DNA from: Octopus bimaculoides
Taxonomy: Eukaryota
Reading direction: 5' to 3'
Length of the DNA stretch: 63,714 nucleotides
Assembly: GCF_001194135.2 (NCBI RefSeq)
Contig: NC_068987.1
Coordinates: 8,248,345-8,312,058 of the forward strand
In this document: positions 23,323-34,679 of the stretch, one piece after another
How the letters are laid out: each line of letters opens with the position of its first letter
Position numbering within the stretch: the stretch's first letter is position 1
Notes under the pieces: generated by a model
What the model saw: only the letters and a program-made list of their open reading frames with translations
Told to the model about the DNA's origin: nothing
Database searches by the model: none
Made by a program: the position numbers and the translations under genes

Positions 23323-25004
23323 AGATAGATGCATTTAATTTATGGGCGTTTGTTGGGGGTCTAATGTCACTCAAATGCTCCGATTCCCCCCATAATGCAA
23401 GAGGACTAATAGTACAACTAATGACTTTTCAGATGATGTAAAACTTGCCACCATTATATACTACTAAGAAGATATTTTAACTATTGTTTTGCTTTTTATG
23501 TATGCATGGTAGTCTCATTTTCATAAAATGTGCACAGCAGTCCATGTTATGTAAGTGCAAATCCCAGCAGTCTATGGGTTAATATTCAATGTAAATTTAT
23601 TCTGCCTTTCATCCTTTTGGGGTTGGTAAAATAAGAACCAGTTGAACCCTGAGGTTGATTTGACTTCCTCCCTCTCCCAAAATTGCTGGCCTTGTGCCAG
23701 AATTTGAGACTGATATTTTAAGTAAATTTTCATGTTTCAATTCACGGAAACTTTCCCTATTTGCTTGCTTATTTGTTATTCAGTTCAGAACATGCAATAA
23801 AATGGCGTTCAACTCAATAAATACAGTTTTAGTCACTGCTACACTTTTTACTTATACCTTGTCCTATTTTCTTCAGCATATCTTGTTAATCAATAACTTT
23901 TAATGCTCTTCTCTGCTTTAAGCATTGCAATGGGTTGTAAAAAGCATTTAATCATCTGTACTGTGTGTTTCATATGTTGTTTGTGCACTTATTCACTTTG
24001 CAAAATGCAGCAGTAGACATAAACTAACCAGTATATTGTTAGTAATTTTCTTCTGTTGTATAATAGTTAAAATATCACTTTTTGATTATTCTGGGGTTTT
24101 TTATTATTATTTCACAAGTTTTCTGTGCTTACTTTCAAACTTAACAATATTTTCAGTTTTCACCTGATATTATTTTGTGATATTATTGCTGTGTGCCAGT
24201 TGGAATGCTATAATTTTTGAAGAAAGTGTATTAAATTTTACAGAAATTTAAGTACTTAGGCAGACAGTTTTGCATCACGGTTAGGTTCTCATTACGTAAT
24301 TACATATTCTATTCTACTTTGTTCCCAACATGAGCCCACCAAAATCATATTAGCCATACTTGTGTGTCCGCAATAAATATTTAATGAAATTCGTGTGAAA
24401 TTATCTATTGACATTCATTTATCCCACTCATCTATTATCATTGTCATAGTTCTCATACACATACCGATCTAGCTGAGATGATGTTGGTTTGGTGCAAGGC
24501 TCAGCACGATACCGAATGTATTTGTAATCTTATGACCCTCTAGGGATGAAGAGAACTTAATCTAATTTGTTAAAACGTGTAAAGGATGGACGTTACGCAT
24601 TTTCATTTTCACTCCTCTTCATGTCTGTGGAATGTCACATTGTCAACTCACATCAGCTCAGCCATGGTCATTCACACCACATCATAAGCCGTTGTTTGTT
24701 ATTAGTTTGTCGTTACCTTGGTTAACTTATCGAGGCCGTAAGTTATATTAGACACTAGAAGCAATGTTGGAAAATGTAGTTGGTGAGAAGACGATAAAGA
24801 GATTGGATATCATTTGCAGTGATCCGCATTGGGGTTTAAAAAAACCTATTATAATTTGGATCTTGTTGTATGTTATTGTTACATTTCTCTGGAAATACTA
24901 GACTGAAGTATTTATTTGGTTTAATCCAACAAATGGATTTGTCTCACACTCAGTAATGATGGTGTTCTGTAGGTTTATTGCTTCTTATCTACATGGAGGT
25001 AATA

Positions 25005-25216
25005 CTCTTTTACTTGTTTCAGTCATTTGACTCTGGCCATGCTGGAGCACCGCCTTTAGTCGAGGAAATCGACCCCAGGACTTATTCTTTTGTAAGCCTA
25101 GTACTTATTCTATCGGTCTCTTTTGCCGAATCACTAAGTTACGGGGACGTAAACACACCAGCATCAGTTGTCAAGCGATGTTGGGGGGGGGGGGACAAAC
25201 ACAGACACAAACATAT

Positions 25217-25247
<31 letters not shown>

Positions 25248-25400
25248 CACACACATATGTACGACGGGCTTCTTTCAGTTTCCGTCTACTAAATCTACTC
25301 ACAAGGCTTTGGTCGGCCTGAGGCTATAGTAGAAGACTCTTGCCCAAGGTACCACGCAGTGGGATTGAACCCGGAACCATGTGGTTAGTAAGCAAGCTAC
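25005..25400 (-). mobile_element. SINE family A, well preserved
   Basis: Complete tail (tactcttttacttgtttcag), internal (CA)/(TA) tract, head to gcaagctac. Confidence 0.93.
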
Positions 25401-25469
25401 TCCGTTGATATTGTTATTGTTTAACTGCAAATATTCAATCAATTCCTAAACCTCTCTCAAAATATATGG

Positions 25470-25770
25470 CCGTATGGTGAAGGCACATGGCCTAGTGGTT
25501 AGGGTGCTACACTCATGATCTCTATATCATGGGTTCAATTTCTGGACTGAGTGGCTTGTTGCGTTCTTGAGCAAAATGCTGTGTTTCATGTTGCCCCAGT
25601 TCACTCAGCTGTAAATAAGTAACCCTCCCATAGACTGGCCTTCCAGTCAGGAGGAACGCTGGCCTGTTCTAGCCTGCAAGGTGGTTTCATTTGAAAGCTA
25701 AAACCCTACAAAGCACATTGTGACTAGCAATGTGTAACAACATCTGATTGTCTAAGTAGACCACGTGATA
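25470..25770 (+). mobile_element. CORE-type SINE family E with alternative tail
   Basis: tggcctagtggttagggtg, gggttcaatttc, ttgagcaaaatg...ccccagttcactcagctgtaaataag. Confidence 0.75.
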
Positions 25771-26059
25771 AGGCCTTCTACCAGATTTAGAACTCAGCAT
25801 TATTAAGGTTAGGTGGTTGCAGTAGAGAATCAGAAATTGGTAAGGGGTGGAGGGCAGTGAGTTTAAATGTCCTTAGTATTCCCTTATGTTCATTTCATTG
25901 ACTTCCTGTCTTTGTAGAAAGCAATGTGGACCCCCATTAAAGCTTCAGCTCAAATTGTAGAGGGGTGATAGGGTGACTAGTGCCATTAATGTATTTTCAT
26001 GCAGCCTTTTGCTATCTCATCTTCTCCATCACCTTGATGATGATGATGATGATGATGAT

Positions 26060-26275
26060 AATGGTCCTTTCTACTATAGGCACAAGGCCTGAAATTGTGG
26101 GGGACTAGCTGATTACATTGACCCCAGTATTTCATTGGTACTTAATTTATTGACCCCGAAAGGATGAAAGGTGAAGTCAACTTCAGCAGAATTTGAACTT
26201 CGGGCATAAAGATGGACAAAATACCGCTTAGCCTTTTGCCCAGTTTGCTAATGATTCTGCCAGCTCGCTGCCTTA
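26060..26275 (-). mobile_element. SINE family B between (GAT)n and (AAT)n tracts
   Basis: cctttctactataggcacaaggcc...gaccccgaaaggatgaaagg...gattctgccagctcgc. Confidence 0.87.
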
Positions 26276-26315
26276 ATAATAATAATAATAATAATAATAG
26301 TAATAATAATAATAA

Positions 26316-26724
26316 ATGCCCGGATGCAGTACCAGGCAGTGGCTCTCATGGCTTTTGATCTTAAACTAATTGGACGTGTTATCATATACATTGTTTAGTC
26401 TTGGTATAAAAGATGGGCTACAGCAAATATTCTGCTCAATACCACAGATTTGCTTGTCAGTTGTTTGACCTTAACCAGTCAAACATGTCCCTTGGTGGCT
26501 GATGAGATGTGCATCTCTGATCATGAGCAGGAGTAGTGGGGGGAGCATCATAGCCATGTGTTGAGAGGAATTCTTTGGAGTTTGAATAATTCACCTCTGC
26601 AAACATGGGTACTTCACTCAACATCCTTAAACAACCTTTATTCAGGGACCTTTTGACTGGAATGGGCTACTCTTCGTATATTTACCCCAGTGTCACTTTG
26701 GTTGCATGCACTGCTCTCTCACTC
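26316..26724. mobile_element. Family G repeat with 148-bp internal deletion
   Basis: Matches 14393-14940 except that 14740-14887 is absent (junction gggctactc|ttcgtata at 26672/26673). Confidence 0.85.
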
Positions 26725-29624
26725 AATAATGGTTTCAAATTTTGCCACAAGGCCTGCAGTTTTTGAGGGGAGGGGAAATTGATTGCATTGGCTCCAATAC
26801 TTGATTGATACTTATTTTATCGAAGCTGAAACAAACGGCAAAGTCAACCTCGGCAGAATTAACTCTTTTTGTTTACCCTACAGTTTGTTGTTGTTTTTGA
26901 CCTGTTTAGGCATTTTAGAAATTTCTTTCTCTCTCTCTCCCTTTTTTTTTTTTGTATTCCATTTTATTATTAAAGTCTCAAGATTACCTAACATCAATGT
27001 GTTGCTGTATATACATACATTCATGTGGGCGTACGCATGTTCATAGTGTGTATATGTGCTTGTGTATTCACATATATATCTGTGTGTGTTTGCGGAGAAA
27101 ATGAGGAATGCTACCTCCATGGTGTGTAACTNNNNNNNNNNNNNNNNNNNNNNNNNNNNNNNNNNNNNNNNNNNNNNNNNNNNNNNNNNACCACCACCAC
27201 CACCACCACCACTACGGCTGCTGTTTGCCACCACCGCCGCCGCCCTCACCCTCGCTGTTTGTTTTCTATGTTAACCAGTTTCTGCTTTGCAGCTCTTGTT
27301 CCCCTCTTGTCAGATTACTTTGAGCCGTTTCACTATTTTACTCTTCATTTGTGTTTTAATCAAGGAATTCAATGCAGCAACGCACATTGCTCATTGGCTG
27401 CTCTCTCTCTTTTCTCTTCTCTCCCCCTCTCTATCTCCCCCGATCTCTCTCTCTCTCTCTCTCTCTCGCTCCATGATATGGGTGAAAAGAATAACTCTGT
27501 TGTCTATAACATGCTCTATGATCAACTAAATCACATTTGACACCTGGTTTGCTGCTTAATGAAGCTATCACCAAAAAAACAGTGGGGGAGTTTTTTGTTC
27601 ATTACATATATATACATATATATATATGTGTGTGTGTGTGTATATGTATATATATGTGCTTATATATATTTGTATATGTTTTGTGCAATAGTATGTTGGT
27701 GGTGTGTGTGTGTGGGTGCGTGGGGTTAGCTTGTTCTAGAAGTGGATGTTGTTCCTTTCCCTTCTCTCTATTTCACCCCCTCCATCGCTCCACCCCCACC
27801 CCGCCACCGACTTTGGTTTCTTGTGTTTCTCTCTTCTCCCTCCCCTCCCTCCCCCACACCTATTTTCTTTTTCCTTGCTCACATCTATCACCTTTCCNNN
27901 NNNNNNNNNNNNNNNNNNNNNNNNNNNNNNNNNNNNNNNNNNNNNNNNNNNNNNNNNNNNNNNNNNNNNNNNNNNNNNNNNNNNNNNNNNNNNNNNNNNN
28001 NNNNNNNNNNNNNNNNNNNNNNNNNNNNNNNNNNNNNNNNNNNNNNNNNNNNNNNNNNNNNNNNNNNNNNNNNNNNNNNNNNNNNNNNNNNNNNNNNNNN
28101 NNNNNNNNNNNNNNNNNNNNNNNNNNNNNNNNNNNNNNNNNNNNNNNNNNNNNNNNNNNNNNNNNNNNNNNNNNNNNNNNNNCCCCCCCTCCACCTCTGT
28201 CTCTCTTCTTTTCTCATCATTATTTCTTCTTCTTCTCACATCTGGTTTATCTTCTTCATTTCAAATTCTTCCTTTGCTCTTCTCTTTCTTTGAGGTTTAA
28301 AGAGAGAAGAACGGAATGTGGAACCAACCCCAGTGATAAGCACTGGCGCTGGCTGACCTTATCCTTGTGGTTTGGGAAAGGATTAAAGAGAAAATTCAGC
28401 TGAAAAAGCAAATAGTTGGACAAAACATTCTGACACAGCCTTTCTGGCTTCATGGTGTTATTTAGCCCCGGGTCAACCCCGATCCAATTTAGCTATGATC
28501 GATAATTCCAGCTGCACCACCATATTCTTTCTATCTTTGTCCCCTTTTTTTTGGCTGTTGTCAAAAGTGAAGGTGAAACTTATTTTATCTCTTACCTGTT
28601 TCAGTCGTTGGACTGCGGCCATGCTGGGGCACCACCTCAAAGTGTTTTAGTTGAATGAATTGACTACGGTATTTAACAGGTTTAATTTTGGTAACTTATT
28701 TTATCGGTCCCTTATGCCAAGCTGAGGAGGTAAACAAACCAATACCAGTTGTCTCAGAACTTAGAGACAGATGAAATACTGCCAAGCATTTTGCCCAGCA
28801 TGCTAATGATTCTGCCAGCTCATCACCATAATATTAATAATAATAATAATAATAATTATAATAATTCTTTCTAATTTTGGCACAAGCCCAGAAATTTTGT
28901 GGGGAGGGGTTAATCTAGAGTTTTTAGCACAGATTCAAAGAAGAGCTGTGAAGAATTATAACATTTATGCTTTTCTTAAGACCATCAGCAATTTAAAGAC
29001 AACGGCATTGGTAACGAGCATCACTACCATCATCATCTTCATCAACATCATCACTATCATCACCATCATCATTGTCATCATCATCAAGCCCCAGTAGATT
29101 ATTGATCTGGTTTGGGATGTAATAAATAAATTTGGCCAAAGAACTGAGTTAGTTTAGCCAAACTGTAGAATAAATATAGTCATTTTGATTTTCTCTGGAA
29201 TCTATCCCGCTACCATTGATTTCAAAGTGGCATTGCTGCAATTTAATAGATAGAATCTAATTAAACATATCTGCGTGTGTGTATGTGTACGTCAGGGTAA
29301 CACTGTGTGTGTTTGTGTAATGCACTATATGTGTGTGCGTGTGTGTATGTGTGAGAGTGTGGGGCTTTAAGTCTGTTTGTAATCAACAGTGTGTAAAGTT
29401 GTCTGGCTGTGTCAGCTGTTGTTTGCTGTGTCTGTTCAAGTCCTTATATACATGTGTGTGTGTGTGTGCGTGTGTGTGTGTGTGTGCATCATATGTTTAA
29501 GTGAACACATGGTTGTGTATATGTATTTGTGTTGCCTCTGTGTGTGTGTGTGTCTGAGTGCAAGTGTGCACCTCTACACATATCTTCTTAGACGGATTTT
29601 ATTTTCTTTTATAGGCACAGATGT

Positions 29625-30225
29625 GGCTGTGTGGTAAGAAGTTTGCTCCCCAACCACATGGTGTACATACGTGTGTGTGTGTGTGTGTTACTGTCTCCTT
29701 GCTGTGACTTCACGAGATGCTTCTTAACATGTGTCACCATCATGCTAGCATTGTCCTTTGTTTCCAGTCTTCCATGAAAACATGTCAAGTCATGAGGAAA
29801 TATTACTCTACCTGGAAGCAGGTAAGGGTTGGTGACAGGAAGAGCATTTGGTCGTAAAAAATCTCTATTTCTGGTGCTTGGTAGAGCTGAAGTCATCCCG
29901 GGTTAGCAGTCCTAGAGATGTCGTTGTGTGTAGAGCTGACCAAGTCCACCATTCTCCCTCCCCCATCATTAGCAGTCCTGTACCAGCCTCTTTGCATCCT
30001 CCAAGGCAACATTGAGCCTCTGGAGGTCTTCCTTAATCACATGCAGCTGTTTGGTGCAGGGTCTGCAACAAGGCTTTTTTCCAGCTCACAGCTGCTACAT
30101 CGGAGAAGAGTAAGGCCCTGGTAGGATGACCTAACGAGAGACAGAGGACATGTCCATATCTGCTCAACAAATTCTGTCCATCTCAGGTGAGCACAGAAAA
30201 GTGAACATAAATACTATGATGATGA
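29625..30225 (+). mobile_element. SINE family D interrupted by an RTE fragment
   Basis: Head gtggctgtgtggtaagaag at 29625; body breaks at aaaaatct (~29868) and resumes atatctgctcaacaaattctgtcc (~30156) to a (GAT)n tail. Confidence 0.7.
29873..30158 (-). mobile_element. RTE-clade LINE 3' fragment (decayed ORF C-terminus)
   Basis: Frameshifted translation YGHVLCLSLGHPTRALLFS...WKK/PCCRPCTKQLHVIKEDLQRLNVALEDAKRLVQD matches the RTE W.GH...R..GRP...W...I..DL...A.DR..WR pattern. Confidence 0.8.
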
Positions 30226-31922
30226 TATCCTTGCTCTTCTCCCCACACCCATATTTTCATTCATACAATTGCTCACATAAAAGTATACGGTGTGTGTCTC
30301 ATTTTCTCTTTCTTATATAGAGAGCTTCACCCTTAAAACTTATTTATAAACTTCATGATGGAATACATTTTTGGATTTACAGTAATTAACAAATAGTTTC
30401 TTTCATTTGAGAGATGATCCTGATCTTTCCATCGTATTTTCTTTTGTTTTACATATACTTCCTCTTTGATAGTTACTCTCACACACACACACACACTCCA
30501 TTCTGCAACTTGGGTATAAGGCCCCTGCCCCATTTTTGTTACATCTCTAACCATCTTTCTTTCCTGTCTCTCCCTTCTCCAGCCGAGGAAGCTATGTCTC
30601 TCTTCTAGTGCAAGACCTCTTTCTGTCCCTCAGTATTACTCCCCACCTCAGTTGAGAGGGTCCTGCTTTGCAAGCTACTCAGTCACCTCTCTACTGCTGG
30701 TGCCACATAAAAAGCACCCAGTACACTCTAAAGTGGCTGATGTTGATTGAGAGGGGCATCCAGCTGTATAAACCATGCCAAGGCAGGCAGCAGAGGTTGG
30801 TGTAGTCTTTTGATTTGTCTATTCCTGTGAAGCTGTCCTACTTATTTTGTGAGTGTGTCTGTGTGTCTGCACATGATGGCAGGGTGTAAGAGAGAAAGAA
30901 AAGAAGCTGTGAAAGGTGTTATAAATTTCAGAAGCAAAAGAGGAAAACATAAGGGAAATCACTCTTTTACATTGCTGGTATCTATCTGTTTTATAAACCT
31001 GCTGGGAGATGAAAAGGGATAAAGCCTTCGAGTGAATTTGAACTCTTAAACTGGTGGTTACAAACTAAACAGGGGACATCTTGTTTGTTATTATTTCGGT
31101 GAATTCCACTGCTTTAGTCTTTAAAAAGTCATTTCTGGTGACGATGGGGATGATGATGGGGCTGGTAGTGTCAGAAAATGGGACTTTTGAGGAGATTTTA
31201 ATTTGAAGGAGTGACAGGGGTGGGGTGGAGGGTGGAGGTGGCCTCTCTTGTGCTTTTGTTTGGTTGGACAAAAGATTAATTTCTCACATAAGCCAATGTC
31301 ACACTTACTATTTGTTCATCTCTTTCTCTCACTATTTATCCATCTCTCTCTCTCTCTCTCTCTCATATCTTCAGGTCCCCAGCAGGTAAATTGTTCCCAA
31401 ATGCAATGAGTGTTGTCAATATAGGCAAATATAAGAGGTAGAAATAGGGGCAAACAGCCAACCGAATATGATTTATTTTATCTTTATTTATATACTGTAT
31501 TGTTATTTATTTTTCCCTAGTTTTTTTTTTCTTCTTTTCTTTTGTGGTTTATGTGTGTTGCAGATTTCTTCTGACACATTATATCTGAGTATGTTGTTGG
31601 TGTTGGCAGTGGCAAGGTGGGGGTGTTGTATTTGTGTGGCTTCTGGTTTGGCAGGGTAGGAGGGAGTGGAGCAATGAAATCTAAGTGGAACAATTTCATC
31701 TGAGGTTGAGTTTCTTCCTTTCACCTGTTAATCACTGGACTGGAACTGAAGTCCTGTTTAAAATACCTTTCTTTCAATGACCTACAATTAATGGCTTCTA
31801 CTTTTACATTCTAGCCCTGAGTCTAGCTTACTGGCTAAATTGGGATGAAGTATAGGGTCTACTTTTAAACAGCTGGTTTAAAACTGAGATGTGAAAGCAC
31901 CCCTTCATCATAGATAGATTCC

Positions 31923-32143
31923 TATTTCTTTACTGCCCACAAGGGACTACACAGAGGGGACAGACAAATGGATTAAGTCGATTATATCAACTCCAGTGTG
32001 TAATTGGTACTTATTTAATTGACCCTGAAAGGATGAAAGGCCAAGCCGGCCTCAGCGGAATTTGAACTCAGAACGTAGTGGCAGACGAAATACCGCTAAG
32101 CATTTCGCCCGGCGTGCTAACGATTCTGTCAACTTGCCACCCT
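31923..32143 (-). mobile_element. Full-length SINE family B with 16-bp TSD
   Basis: Perfect direct repeat atcatagatagattcc at 31907-31922 and 32144-32159. Confidence 0.94.
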
Positions 32144-32261
32144 ATCATAGATAGATTCCACTTTATTGTATGGAGGTTTGTTGACAGAGCAAAACATTAA
32201 ACTATGAAAATGCTTTACAATATTTATTTTGTGTTTTTTCTTTCCTAAGCATAACACATCT

Positions 32262-32299
32262 CTTAAACTTTCGGTTGTGCTTCTGGCCATCTTCAAAGG
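32262..32299 (-). other. Degenerate Penelope-type hammerhead motif
   Basis: Minus strand: cct-TTGAAGA-t-ggccagaagcacaacc-GAAA-gttt-aag. Confidence 0.45.
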
Positions 32300-32354
32300 C
32301 ATTTCATTTAGAGATTTTGTCTTAAAATTTTTGTTTCCCCTTCACATGTACACA

Positions 32355-32440
32355 GACAAACACACATGCTTACACAAACACACATGCTTACACAAACACA
32401 CATGCTTACACAAACACACATGCTTACACAAACACACACA
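32355..32440. repeat. 18-bp minisatellite (acaaacacacatgcttac) x~4
   Basis: Directly visible tandem units. Confidence 0.93.
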
Positions 32441-32805
32441 CACCTTATAAAATCATTTTTCCCTTGGTTATCATTTTCCCTGTTACACTAAGTCTATGTC
32501 TGCAAAAAAATCTTAAAATTACCATATTTACTCGGAAATTCACACCCCCAGTTTCTTCAGTTAAAATCAAGTGTGAAGCAGTGCAACTGACACGTGCATA
32601 AATGCAGTATTTAATACACCAAATATTCACACATATCTGATTGTTTTCTGCTTTGTTTATTTATTTGTTTTAGGTGAGCCCAACTTTATACGCAAACGAT
32701 ATCATTTTTCTGGGAGGTGGCTATCTGAATGTATCAGGTTGTATGTGCGTGTACTAGTGTTTCAAAGAATATTTTTATCTGCTATTTTTTTTTTTTGTTT
32801 TGTTA

Positions 32806-32919
32806 CTCCGGGTTCAGTCCTACTGTGTAGGACCTTGGGCAAGTGTCTTCTGTTATAGCCTCATGCCAACCAAAGCTTTGTGAGTGGATTTGGTAGATGG
32901 AAACTGAAAGAAGCCGATC

Positions 32920-32973
<54 letters not shown>

Positions 32974-33170
32974 ATGTTTATGTATCTGTGTTTGTCCCCC
33001 TAACATCGCTTGACAGCCGATGCTGATGTGTTTACGTCCCCGTAGCTTAGCAGTTTGGCAAAAGAGACTGATAGAATAAGTACTAGGCTTACAAAGAATA
33101 AATCCTGAGGTCGATTTGCTCGACTAAAGGCGGAGCTCCGGCATGCCCGTAGTCAAATGACTAAAACAAT
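32806..33170 (+). mobile_element. SINE family A
   Basis: ccgggttcagtcc...ccttgggcaagtgtcttc...(TA)n(TG)n...gtcgatttgctcgac...gactaaaacaataaaaaaga. Confidence 0.92.
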
Positions 33171-33195
33171 AAAAAAGAAGAAAAGAATATATCGA

Positions 33196-33650
33196 GGCAT
33201 CATTCAGTCAGGCTAATTGCCTGGGCCAGCTTGATTACCTCTCTCCATCCCTCCCAGTCTCCCATTAGTGTTTTTAGGTCTTCAAACTTGGCATCCAACA
33301 TCTTCTGCAAGCTGTTGTATATACATCTTCCTTGGTCTTCCAGCCACTGTGGTACCACAATTTGGTGTCTGCAGCAACACATTATCCACAAGTTCTTCTT
33401 TACTTTTCCAACAGTGGCCAGCAAACCTCAATCTCCGCTCTTGGATGGTTGATGAGAAAGTCAAATCCTACCAGATAAATTGAAGAGGCAGTTCTTCAGA
33501 ACAGTTGTTGAATCTGTACTTGTATATGGATCTCCGACTTGGACTCTCACCAAGAGACTCGGGTACATGCTGGATGGTGCCTACACCAAATTGTTATGTA
33601 CAGTGTTCAACATCTCTTGGAGGGAGCTCCCTAACAAGACAATGGTTATC
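33196..33650 (-). mobile_element. RTE-clade LINE 3' end with inverted 5' segment
   Basis: Plus 33457-33645 encodes KSNLPDKLKRQFFRTVVESVLVYGSPTWTLTK...LDGAYTKLL..VFNISWR. Minus 33458-33200 encodes SSTIQERRLRFAGHCWKSKEEL...GRPRKMYIQQL/EDLKTLMGDWEGWR. These are consecutive RTE RT C-terminal motifs. Confidence 0.9.
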
Positions 33651-34632
33651 TGCTATACTTCAACGCATAATATTGCTATGTTTGTGTAGAACAAAGAATT
33701 AACAATTTCATGATATTTGATAATGACTGTTAAATTGATATATACTTTTCGTGTCTCTAATTGTTATGCAAAGGCTTGAGAACAGGGGCTGCAGGAGGTA
33801 AACGCACATCCCCTAACAATTTTGATGGGGTTTTGAAAATGCTTTGAACATTCTCTTGAAAACCTTCATCACAAAAACAAACAAACATAAAAATATTTTT
33901 GATCTGATTTGAAACATTATTTTTCTATTATTGGATTTATCTGGTTCATTGATGTACAAATATGATAATAATAATTATTCGGGCCTCGGTTTTCATCCCC
34001 TAAGTAAATTTCATTCCCCACACTTATGATTGCATGTCACTTTGTCGACTCCCAATTATATTTAAGAAAGAAAGAATTATCTGTATATGTTGTTAGTAAA
34101 GGTAGTATCTCCCTAAACATTCCATATCTGTAGCATGTCCCAGAGCATAGTCTATCCAATGTAGTTGTTGGTAAATATGATTCTGTATCAAAATTGGAAA
34201 TGGCTAGAGAATGCAAGTAATCTTCAAAGATTGGCGAAGCAAATATTTGCAACAACAATGGATGTTTCAATTGTTTTATCTTACATCAGAAATGATAAAT
34301 CCCTGCCTCAGCATGGTGGCAAGTATGGGCCATTGAAAGGTGCAGAAATGCTGAAATGCATCTGGTGCTCTGGCTGGCCACTGTTGGAATGAATTTACAT
34401 ATTGCTTTGATTTTCATTGTGTTTTTTAACACAGCATGTCCATAATAGATGTTATCTCAGAACAAATATAGTAACTGACCTATCAACTGTGTATATACAT
34501 TAAATATGATACATATTGAATGTGTATGATGTAATGTGACTTGGGCAAGTGTCTTCTACTCTAGCCTCGGGCCAACCAAAGCTTTGTGAGTGGATTTGGT
34601 AGATGGAAACTGAAAGAAGCCCGTCGTATATA

Positions 34633-34679
<47 letters not shown>

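Noticed and set aside
31375-31385. Plus-strand micro-exon (11 nt, or 3-nt CAG) behind a (CT)n tract
   Set aside because: The pyrimidine tract is a microsatellite and 11 nt breaks frame. It also shows such signals arise on both strands, which is why the other micro-exon calls are kept at low confidence.
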